64,000 nt of DNA from Eledone cirrhosa. Lineage: Eukaryota. Below, one piece after another: positions 1-11,900 of the stretch; the stretch's first letter is position 1; each line of letters starts with the position of its first letter. The stretch is from NCBI GenBank assembly GCA_964016885.1, contig OZ024762.1:30070001-30134000 (forward strand). The letters are read 5' to 3'. The position numbers and the translations under genes are program-made. The notes under the pieces were generated by a model. That model saw only the letters and a list, made by a program, of their open reading frames with translations, searched no databases and was not told where the DNA came from.

Positions 1-3000
1 AGTAACTCCACTGTTGGTGAGAATTCATTTAATTTCATGGTATTAGCTGTCAGAAGGAACTCCAATGTTGGTGAGAATTCATTTAAGTCATGGTACTAGC
101 TGTCAGAAGTAACTCCACTGTTGGTGAGAATTCATTTAAGTTCATGGTATTAGCTGTCAGAAGGAACGCCACTGTTGGTGAGAATTCATTTAAGTTCATG
201 GTATTAGCTGTCAGAAGTAACTCCACTGTTGGTGAGAATTCATTTAAGTTCATGGTACTAGCTGTCAGAAGTAACTCCAATGTTGGTGAGAATTCATTTA
301 AGTTCATGGTATTAGCTGTCAGAAGGAACTCCACTGTTGGTGAGAATTCATTTAAGTTCATGGTATTAGTTGTCAGAAGTAACTCCACTGTTGGTGAGAA
401 TTCATTTAAGTTCATGGTGCTAGTTGTCAGAAGTAACTCCACTGTTGGTGAGAATTCATTTAAGTTCATGGTATTAGTTGTCAGAAGTAACTCCACTGTT
501 GGTGAGAATTCATTTAAGTCATGGTATTAGTTGTCAGAAGTAACTCCAATGTTGGTGAGAATTCATTTAAGTTCATGGTACTAGCTGTCAGAAGTAACTC
601 CACTGTTGGTGAGAGTTCATTTAAGTTCATGGTATTAGCTGTCAGAAGTAACTCCATTGTTGGTGAGAATTCATTTAAGTCATGGTACTAGCTGTCAGAA
701 GTAACTCCACTGTTGGTGAGAATTCATTTAAGTTCATGGTATTAGCTGTCAGAAGGAACTCCACTGTTGGTGAGAATTCATTTTAGTTCATGGTACTAGC
801 TGTCAGAAGTAACTCCACTGTTGGTGAGAATTCATTTAAGTTCATGTTACTAGCTGTCAGAAGGAACTCCACTGTTGGTGAGAATTCATTTAAGTTCATG
901 GTGCTAGCTGTCAGAAGTAACTCCGCTGTTGGTGAGAATTCATTTAAGTTCATGGTATTAGTTTGTCAGAAGTAACTCCACTGTTGGTGAGAATTCATTT
1001 AAGTCATGGTATTAGTTGTCAGAAGTAACTCCAATGTTGGTGAGAATTCATTTAAGTTCATGGTACTAGCTGTCAGAAGGAACTCCACTGTTGGTGAGAA
1101 TTCATTTAAGTTCATGGTATTAGCTGTCAGAAGTAACTCCACTGTTGGTGAGAATTCATTTAAGTCATGGTATTAGCTGTCAGAAGTAACTCCAATGTTG
1201 GTGAGAATTCATTTAAGTCATGGTACTAGCTGTCAGAAGTAACTCCAATGTTGGTGAGAATTCATTTAAGTTCATGTTATTAGCTGTCAGAAGGAACTCC
1301 ACTGTTGGTGAGAATTCATTTAAGTTCATGGTATTAGCTGTCAGAAGTAACTCCACTGTTGGTGAGAATTCATTTAAGTTCATGGTACTAGCTGTCAGAA
1401 GTAACTCCACTGTTGGTGAGAATTCATTTAAGTTCATGGTACTAGCTGTCAGAAGTAACTCCACTGTTGGTGAGAATTCATTTAAGTTCATGGTACTAGC
1501 TGTCAGAAGTAACTCCACTGTTGGTGAGAATTCATTTAAGTTCATGGTACTAGCTGTCAGAAGTAACTCCACTGTTGGTGAGAATTCATTTAAGTTCATG
1601 GTATTAGCTGTCAGAAGTAACTCCACTCTTGGTGAGAATTCATTTAAGTTCATGGTACTAGCTGTCAGAAGTAATCCCAAATGTTGGTGAGAATTCATTT
1701 AAGTTCATGGTATTAGCTGTCAGAAGTCACTCCAATGTTGGTGAGAATTCATTTAAGTTCATGGTATTAGCTGTCAGAAGTCACTCCACTGTTGGTGAGA
1801 ATTCATTTAAGTTCATGGTACTAGCTGTCAGAAGTAACCCCAATGTTGGTGAGAATTCATTTAAGTTCATGGTATTAGCTGTCAGAAGTCACTCCAATGT
1901 TGGTGAGAATTCATTTAAGTTCATGGTATTAGCTGTCAGAAGTAACTCCACTGTTGGTGAGAATTCATTTAAGTTCATGGTATTAGCTGTCAGAAGTAAC
2001 TCCACTGTTGGTGGAATTCATTTAATTTCATGGTATTAGCTGTCAGAAGGAACTCCAATGTTGGTGAGAATTCATTTAAGTCATGGTACTAGCTGTCAGA
2101 AGTAACTCCACTGTTGGTGAGAATTCATTTAAGTTCATGGTATTAGCTGTCAGAAGGAACGCCACTGTTGGTGAGAATTCATTTAAGTTCATGGTATTAG
2201 CTGTCAGAAGTAACTCCACTGTTGGTGAGAATTCATTTAAGTTCATGGTACTAGCTGTCAGAAGTAACTCCAATGTTGGTGAGAATTCATTTAAGTTCAT
2301 GGTATTAGCTGTCAGAAGGAACTCCACTGTTGGTGAGAATTCATTTAAGTTCATGGTATTAGCTGTCAGAAGTAACTCCACTGTTGGTGAGAATTCATTT
2401 AAGTTCATGGTGCTAGTTGTCAGAAGTAACTCCACTGTTGGTGAGAATTCATTTAAGTTCATGGTATTAGTTGTCAGAAGTAACTCCACTGTTGGTGAGA
2501 ATTCATTTAAGTCATGGTATTAGTTGTCAGAAGTAACTCCAATGTTGGTGAGAATTCATTTAAGTTCATGGTACTAGCTGTCAGAAGTAACTCCACTGTT
2601 GGTGAGAGTTCATTTAAGTTCATGGTATTAGCTGTCAGAAGTAACTCCATTGTTGGTGAGAATTCATTTAAGTCATGGTACTAGCTGTCAGAAGTAACTC
2701 CACTGTTGGTGAGAATTCATTTAAGTTCATGGTATTAGCTGTCAGAAGGAACTCCACTGTTGGTGAGAATTCATTTAAGTTCATGGAACTAGCTGTCAGA
2801 AGTAACTCCAATGTTGGTGAGAATTCATTTAAGTTCATGGTATTAGCTGTCAGAAGGAACTCCACTGTTGGTGAGAATTCATTTAAGTTCATGGTATTAG
2901 CTGTCAGAAGTAACTCCACTGTTGGTGAGAATTCATTTAAGTTCATGGTATTAGCTGTCAGAAATAACTCCACTGTTGGTGAGAATTCATTTAAGTCATG

Positions 3001-5900
3001 GTATTAGCTGTCAGAAGTAACTCCAATGTTGGTGAGAATTCATTTAAGTTCATGGTATTAGCTGTCAGAAGTAACTCCACTGTTGGTGAGAATTCATTTA
3101 AGTTCATGGTATTAGCTGTCAGAAGTAACTCCACTGTTGGTGAGAATTCATTTTAGTTCATGGTACTAGCTGTCAGAAGTAACTCCACTGTTGGTGAGAA
3201 TTCATTTAAGTTCATGTTACTAGCTGTCAGAAGGAACTCCACTGTTGGTGAGAATTCATTTAAGTTCATGGTGCTAGCTGTCAGAAGTAACTCCGCTGTT
3301 GGTGAGAATTCATTTAAGTTCATGGTATTAGTTTGTCAGAAGTAACTCCACTGTTGGTGAGAATTCATTTAAGTCATGGTATTAGTTGTCAGAAGTAACT
3401 CCAATGTTGGTGAGAATTCATTTAAGTTCATGGTACTAGCTGTCAGAAGGAACTCCACTGTTGGTGAGAATTCATTTAAGTTCATGGTATTAGCTGTCAG
3501 AAGTAACTCCACTGTTGGTGAGAATTCATTTAAGTCATGGTATTAGCTGTCAGAAGTAACTCCAATGTTGGTGAGAATTCATTTAAGTCATGGTACTAGC
3601 TGTCAGAAGTAACTCCAATGTTGGTGAGAATTCATTTAAGTTCATGTTATTAGCTGTCAGAAGGAACTCCACTGTTGGTGAGAATTCATTTAAGTTCATG
3701 GTATTAGCTGTCAGAAGTAACTCCACTGTTGGTGAGAATTCATTTAAGTTCATGGTACTAGCTGTCAGAAGTAACTCCACTGTTGGTGAGAATTCATTTA
3801 AGTTCATGGTACTAGCTGTCAGAAGTAACTCCACTGTTGGTGAGAATTCATTTAAGTTCATGGTACTAGCTGTCAGAAGTAACTCCACTGTTGGTGAGAA
3901 TTCATTTAAGTTCATGGTACTAGCTGTCAGAAGTAACTCCACTGTTGGTGAGAATTCATTTAAGTTCATGGTATTAGCTGTCAGAAGTAACTCCACTCTT
4001 GGTGAGAATTCATTTAAGTTCATGGTACTAGCTGTCAGAAGTAATCCCAAATGTTGGTGAGAATTCATTTAAGTTCATGGTATTAGCTGTCAGAAGTCAC
4101 TCCAATGTTGGTGAGAATTCATTTAAGTTCATGGTATTAGCTGTCAGAAATCACTCCACTGTTGGTGAGAATTCATTTAAGTTCATGGTACTAGCTGTCA
4201 GAAGTAACCCCAATGTTGGTGAGAATTCATTTAAGTTCATGGTATTAGCTGTCAGAAGTCACTCCAATGTTGGTGAGAATTCATTTAAGTTGATGGTATT
4301 AGCTGTCAGAAGTAACTCCACTGTTGGTGAGAATTCATTTAAGTTCATGGTATTAGCTGTCAGAAGTAACTCCACTGTTGGTGAGAATTCATTTAATTTC
4401 ATGGTATTAGCTGTCAGAAGGAACTCCAATGTTGGTGAGAATTCATTTAAGTCATGGTACTAGCTGTCAGAAGTAACTCCACTGTTGGTGAGAATTCATT
4501 TAAGTTCATGGTATTAGCTGTCAGAAGGAACGCCACTGTTGGTGAGAATTCATTTAAGTTCATGGTATTAGCTGTCAGAAGTAACTCCACTGTTGGTGAG
4601 AATTCATTTAAGTTCATGGTACTAGCTGTCAGAAGTAACTCCAATGTTGGTGAGAATTCATTTAAGTTCATGGTATTAGCTGTCAGAAGGAACTCCACTG
4701 TTGGTGAGAATTCATTTAAGTTCATGGTATTAGCTGTCAGAAGTAACTCCACTGTTGGTGAGAATTCATTTAAGTTCATGGTGCTAGTTGTCAGAAGTAA
4801 CTCCACTGTTGGTGAGAATTCATTTAAGTTCATGGTATTAGTTGTCAGAAGTAACTCCACTGTTGGTGAGAATTCATTTAAGTCATGGTATTAGTTGTCA
4901 GAAGTAACTCCAATGTTGGTGAGAATTCATTTAAGTTCATGGTACTAGCTGTCAGAAGTAACTCCACTGTTGGTGAGAGTTCATTTAAGTTCATGGTATT
5001 AGCTGTCAGAAGTAACTCCATTGTTGGTGAGAATTCATTTAAGTCATGGTACTAGCTGTCAGAAGTAACTCCACTGTTGGTGAGAATTCATTTAAGTTCA
5101 TGGTATTAGCTGTCAGAAGGAACTCCACTGTTGGTGAGAATTCATTTAAGTTCATGGAACTAGCTGTCAGAAGTAACTCCAATGTTGGTGAGAATTCATT
5201 TAAGTTCATGGTATTAGCTGTCAGAAGGAACTCCACTGTTGGTGAGAATTCATTTAAGTTCATGGTATTAGCTGTCAGAAGTAACTCCACTGTTGGTGAG
5301 AATTCATTTAAGTTCATGGTATTAGCTGTCAGAAATAACTCCACTGTTGGTGAGAATTCATTTAAGTCATGGTATTAGCTGTCAGAAGTAACTCCAATGT
5401 TGGTGAGAATTCATTTAAGTTCATGGTATTAGCTGTCAGAAGTAACTCCACTGTTGGTGAGAATTCATTTAAGTTCATGGTATTAGCTGTCAGAAGTAAC
5501 TCCACTGTTGGTGAGAATTCATTTAAGTTCATGGTACTAGCTGTCAGAAGTAACTCCGCTGTTGGTGAGAATTCATTTAAGTTCATGGTATTAGTTTGTC
5601 AGAAGTAACTCCACTGTTGGTGAGAATTCATTTAAGTCATGGTATTAGTTGTCAGAAGTAACTCCAATGTTGGTGAGAATTCATTTAAGTTCATGGTACT
5701 AGCTGTCAGAAGGAACTCCACTGTTGGTGAGAATTCATTTAAGTTCATGGTATTAGCTGTCAGAAGTAACTCCACTGTTGGTGAGAATTCATTTAAGTCA
5801 TGGTATTAGCTGTCAGAAGTAACTCCAATGTTGGTGAGAATTCATTTAAGTCATGGTACTAGCTGTCAGAAGTAACTCCAATGTTGGTGAGAATTCATTT
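1..5900. repeat. Higher-order repeat, ~2,370 bp (44 monomers), domain A
   Basis: Private variants recur at a 2370-2371 offset: GTTTGTC insertion at 961/3331, the AATCCCAAATG monomer (ORF ends 1690/4060) and AACGCC at 2158/4529. The first copy is 377 bp (7 monomers) shorter (AACGCC 165 to 2158 = 1993). Confidence 0.85.
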
Positions 5901-8900
5901 AAGTTCATGTTATTAGCTGTCAGAAGGAACTCCACTGTTGGTGAGAATTCATTTAAGTTCATGGTATTAGCTGTCAGAAGTAACTCCACTGTTGGTGAGA
6001 ATTCATTTAAGTTCATGGTACTAGCTGTCAGAAGTAACTCCACTGTTGGTGAGAATTCAGTTAAGTTCAAGGTACTAGCTGTCAGAAGTAACTCCACTGT
6101 TGGTGAGAATTCAGTTAAGTTCATGGTATTAGCTGTCAGAAGGAACTCCACTGTTGGTGAGAATTCATTTAAGTTCATGGTATTAGCTGTCAGAAGTAAC
6201 TCCACTGTTGGTGAGAATTCATTTAAGTTCATGGTACTAGCTGTCAGAAGTAACTCCACTGTTGGTGAGAATTCATTTAAGTTCATGGTACTAGCTGTCA
6301 GAAGTAACTCCACTGTTGGTGAGAATTCAGTTAAGTTCATGGTATTAGTTGTCAGAAGTAACTCCACTGTTGGTGAGAATTCATTTAAATCATGGTATTA
6401 GTTGTCAGAAGTAACTCCAATGTTGGTGGGAATTCATTTAAGTTCATGGTACTAGCTGTCAGAAGTAACTCCACTGTTGGTGAGAATTCATTTAAGTTCA
6501 TGGTATTAGCTGTCAGAAGTAACTCCACTGTTGGTGAGAATTCATTTAAGTCATGGTATTAGCTGTCAGAAGTAACTCCATTGTTGGTGAGAATTCATTT
6601 AAGTCATGGTACTAGCTGTCAGAAGTAACTCCACTGTTGGTGAGAATTCATTTAAGTTCATGGTATTAGCTGTCAGAAGGAACTCCACTGTTGGTGAGAA
6701 TTCATTTAAATCATGGTATTAGTTGTCAGAAGTAACTCCAATGTTGGTGAGAATTCATTTAAGTTCATGGTACTAGCTGTCAGAAGTAACTCCACTGTTG
6801 GTGAGAATTCATTTAAGTTCATGGTATTAGCTGTCAGAAGTAACTCCAATGTTGGTGAGAATTCATTTAAGTTCATGGTACTAGCTGTCAGAAGTAACTC
6901 CACTGTTGGTGAGAATTCATTTAAGTTCATGGTATTAGCTGTCAGAAGTAACTCCACTGTTGGTGAGAATTCATTTAAGTCATGGTATTAGCTGTCAGAA
7001 GTAACTCCATTGTTGGTGAGAATTCATTTAAGTCATGGTACTAGCTGTCAGAAGTAACTCCACTGTTGGTGAGAATTCATTTAAGTTCATGGTATTAGCT
7101 GTCAGAAGGAACTCCACTGTTGGTGAGAATTCATTTAAGTTCATGGTATTAGCTGTCAGAAGTAACTCCACAGTTGGTGAGAATTCATTTAAGTTCATGG
7201 TATTAGCTGTCAGAAGTAACTCCACTGTTGGTGAGAATTCATTTAAGTTCATGGTACTAGCTGTCAGAAGTAACTCCACTGTTGGTGAGAATTCATTTAA
7301 GTTCATGGTATTAGCTGTCAGAAGTAACTCCACTGTTGGTGAGAATTCATTTAAGTCATGGTTTTAGCTATCAGAAGTAACTCCATTGTTGGTGAGAATT
7401 CATTTATGTCATGGTACTAGCTGTCAGAAGTAACTCCACTGTTGGTGAGAATTCATTTAAGTTCATGGTACTAGCTGTCAGAAGTAACTCCACTGTTGGT
7501 GAGAATTCAGTTAAGTTCATGGTATTAGTTGTCAGAAGTAACTCCACTGTTGGTGAGAATTCATTTAAATCATGGTATTAGTTGTCAGAAGTAACTACAA
7601 TGTTGGTGAGAATTCATTTAAGTTCATGGTACTAGCTGTCAGAAGTAACTCCACTGTTGGTGAGAATTCATTTAAGTTCATGGTATTAGCTGTCAGAAGT
7701 AACTCCACTGTTGGTGAGAATTCATTTAAGTCATGGTATTAGCTGTCAGAAGTAACTCCATTGTTGGTGAGAATTCATTTAAGTCATGGTACTAGCTGTC
7801 AGAAGTAACTCCACTGTTGGTGAGAATTCATTTAAGTTCATGGTATTAGCTGTCAGAAGGAACTCCACTGTTGGTGAGAATTCATTTAAGTTCATGGTAT
7901 TAGCTGTCAGAAGTAACTCCACTGTTGGTGAGAATTCATTTTAGTTCATGGTACTAGCTGTCAGAAGTAACTCCACTGTTGGTGAGAATTCATTTAAGTT
8001 CATGTTACTAGCTGTCAGAAGGAACTCCACTGTTGGTGAGAATTCATTTAAGTTCATGGTGCTAGTTGTCAGAAGTAACTCCACTGTTGGTGAGAATTCA
8101 TTTAAGTTCATGGTATTAGTTGTCAGAAGTAACTCCACTGTTGGTGAGAATTCATTTAAGTCATGGTATTAGTTGTCAGAAGTAACTCCAATGTTGGTGA
8201 GAATTCATTTAAGTTCATGGTACTAGCTGTCAGAAGTAACTCCACTGTTGGTGAGAGTTTATTTAAGTTCATGGTATTAGCTGTCAGAAGTAACTCCATT
8301 GTTGGTGAGAATTCATTTAAGTCATGGTACTAGCTGTCAGAAGTAACTCCACTGTTGGTGAGAATTCATTTAAGTTCATGGTATTAGCTGTCAGAAGGAA
8401 CTCCACTGTTGGTGAGAATTCATTTAAGTTCATGGTACTAGCTGTCAGAAGTAACTCCAATGTTGGTGAGAATTCATTTAAGTTCATGGTATTAGCTGTC
8501 AGAAGGAACTCCACTGTTGGTGAGAATTCATTTAAGTTCATGGTATTAGCTGTCAGAAGTAACTCCACTGTTGGTGAGAATTCATTTAAGTTCATGGTAT
8601 TAGCTGTCAGAAATAACTCCACTGTTGGTGAGAATTCATTTAAGTCATGGTATTAGCTGTCAGAAGTAACTCCAATGTTGGTGAGAATTCATTTAAGTTC
8701 ATGGTATTAGCTGTCAGAAGTAACTCCACTGTTGGTGAGAATTCATTTAAGTTCATGGTATTAGCTGTCAGAAGTAACTCCACTGTTGGTGAGAATTCAT
8801 TTAAGTTCATGGTACTAGCTGTCAGAAGTAACTCCGCTGTTGGTGAGAATTCATTTAAGTTCATGGTATTAGTTTGTCAGAAGTAACTCCACTGTTGGTG

Positions 8901-11900
8901 AGAATTCATTTAAGTCATGGTATTAGTTGTCAGAAGTAACTCCAATGTTGGTGAGAATTCATTTAAGTTCATGGTACTAGCTGTCAGAAGGAACTCCACT
9001 GTTGGTGAGAATTCATTTAAGTTCATGGTATTAGCTGTCAGAAGTAACTCCACTGTTGGTGAGAATTCATTTAAGTCATGGTATTAGCTGTCAGAAGTAA
9101 CTCCAATGTTGGTGAGAATTCATTTAAGTCATGGTACTAGCTGTCAGAAGTAACTCCAATGTTGGTGAGAATTCATTTAAGTTCATGGTATTAGCTGTCA
9201 GAAGTAACTCCACTGTTGGTGAGAATTCATTTAAGTTCATGGTACTAGCTGTCAGAAGTAACTCCACTGTTGGTGAGAATTCATTTAAGTTCATGGTACT
9301 AGCTGTCAGAAGTAACTCCACTGTTGGTGAGAATTCATTTAAGTTCATGGTACTAGCTGTCAGAAGTAACTCCACTGTTGGTGAGAATTCATTTAAGTTC
9401 ATGGTACTAGCTGTCAGAAGTAACTCCACTGTTGGTGAGAATTCATTTAAGTTCATGGTATTAGCTGTCAGAAGTAACTCCACTCTTGGTGAGAATTCAT
9501 TTAAGTTCATGGTACTAGCTGTCAGAAGTAATCCCAAATGTTGGTGAGAATTCATTTAAGTTCATGGTATTAGCTGTCAGAAGTCACTCCAATGTTGGTG
9601 AGAATTCATTTAAGTTCATGGTATTAGCTGTCAGAAGTCACTCCACTGTTGGTGAGAATTCATTTAAGTTCATTGTACTAGCTGTCAGAAGTAACCCCAA
9701 TGTTGGTGAGAATTCATTTAAGTTCATGGTATTAGCTGTCAGAAGTCACTCCAATGTTGGTGAGAATTCATTTAAGTTCATGGTATTAGCTGTCAGAAGT
9801 AACTCCACTGTTGGTGAGAATTCATTTAAGTTCATGGTATTAGCTGTCAGAAGTAACTCCACTGTTGGTGAGAATTCATTTAAGTTCATGGTATTAGCTG
9901 TCAGAAGGAACTCCAATGTTGGTGAGAATTCATTTAAGTCATGGTACTAGCTGTCAGAAGTAACTCCACTGTTGGTGAGAATTCATTTAAGTTCATGGTA
10001 TTAGCTGTCAGAAGGAACGCCACTGTTGGTGAGAATTCATTTAAGTTCATGGTATTAGCTGTCAGAAGTAACTCCACTGTTGGTGAGAATTCATTTAAGT
10101 TCATGGTACTAGCTGTCAGAAGTAACTCCAATGTTGGTGAGAATTCATTTAAGTTCATGGTATTAGCTGTCAGAAGTAACTCCACTGTTGGTGAGAATTC
10201 ATTTAAGTTCATGGTATTAGCTGTCAGAAGTAACTCCACTGTTGGTGAGAATTCATTTAAGTTCATGGTGCTAGTTGTCAGAAGTAACTCCACTGTTGGT
10301 GAGAATTCATTTAAGTTCATGGTATTAGTTGTCAGAAGTAACTCCACTGTTGGTGAGAATTCATTTAAGTCATGGTATTAGTTGTCAGAAGTAACTCCAA
10401 TGTTGGTGAGAATTCATTTAAGTTCATGGTACTAGCTGTCAGAAGTAACTCCACTGTTGGTGAGAGTTCATTTAAGTTCATGGTATTAGCTGTCAGAAGT
10501 AACTCCATTGTTGGTGAGAATTCATTTAAGTCATGGTACTAGCTGTCAGAAGTAACTCCACTGTTGGTGAGAATTCATTTAAGTTCATGGTATTAGCTGT
10601 CAGAAGGAACTCCACTGTTGGTGAGAATTCATTTAAGTTCATGGAACTAGCTGTCAGAAGTAACTCCAATGTTGGTGAGAATTCATTTAAGTTCATGGTA
10701 TTAGCTGTCAGAAGGAACTCCACTGTTGGTGAGAATTCATTTAAGTTCATGGTATTAGCTGTCAGAAGTAACTCCACTGTTGGTGAGAATTCATTTAAGT
10801 TCATGGTATTAGCTGTCAGAAATAACTCCACTGTTGGTGAGAATTCATTTAAGTCATGGTATTAGCTGTCAGAAGTAACTCCAATGTTGGTGAGAATTCA
10901 TTTAAGTTCATGGTATTAGCTGTCAGAAGTAACTCCACTGTTGGTGAGAATTCATTTAAGTTCATGGTATTAGCTGTCAGAAGTAACTCCACTGTTGGTG
11001 AGAATTCATTTAAGTTCATGGTACTAGCTGTCAGAAGTAACTCCGCTGTTGGTGAGAATTCATTTAAGTTCATGGTATTAGTTTGTCAGAAGTAACTCCA
11101 CTGTTGGTGAGAATTCATTTAAGTCATGGTATTAGTTGTCAGAAGTAACTCCAATGTTGGTGAGAATTCATTTAAGTTCATGGTACTAGCTGTCAGAAGT
11201 AACTCCACTGTTGGTGAGAATTCATTTAAGTTCATGGTACTAGCTGTCAGAAGTAACTCCACTGTTGGTGAGAATTCATTTAAGTTCATGGTATTAGCTG
11301 TCAGAAGTAACTCCACTCTTGGTGAGAATTCATTTAAGTCCATGGTACTAGCTGTCAGAAGTAATCCCAAATGTTGGTGAGAATTCATTTAAGTTCATGG
11401 TATTAGCTGTCAGAAGTCACTCCAATGTTGGTGAGAATTCATTTAAGTTCATGGTATTAGCTGTCAGAAGTCACTCCACTGTTGGTGAGAATTCATTTAA
11501 GTTCATGGTACTAGCTGTCAGAAGTAACCCCAATGTTGGTGAGAATTCATTTAAGTTCATGGTATTAGCTGTCAGAAGTCACTCCAATGTTGGTGAGAAT
11601 TCATTTAAGTTCATGGTATTAGCTGTCAGAAGTAACTCCACTGTTGGTGAGAATTCATTTAAGTTCATGGTATTAGCTGTCAGAAGTAACTCCACTGTTG
11701 GTGAGAATTCATTTAATTTCATGGTATTAGCTGTCAGAAGGAACTCCAATGTTGGTGAGAATTCATTTAAGTCATGGTACTAGCTGTCAGAAGTAACTCC
11801 ACTGTTGGTGAGAATTCATTTAAGTTCATGGTATTAGCTGTCAGAAGGAACGCCACTGTTGGTGAGAATTCATTTAAGTTCATGGTATTAGCTGTCAGAA

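Noticed and set aside
2011-2020. Singleton 1-bp deletion GTGGAATTC as a meaningful site
   Set aside because: It is absent from the homologous positions (~4381, ~11701) and cannot be distinguished from a consensus error or neutral mutation.
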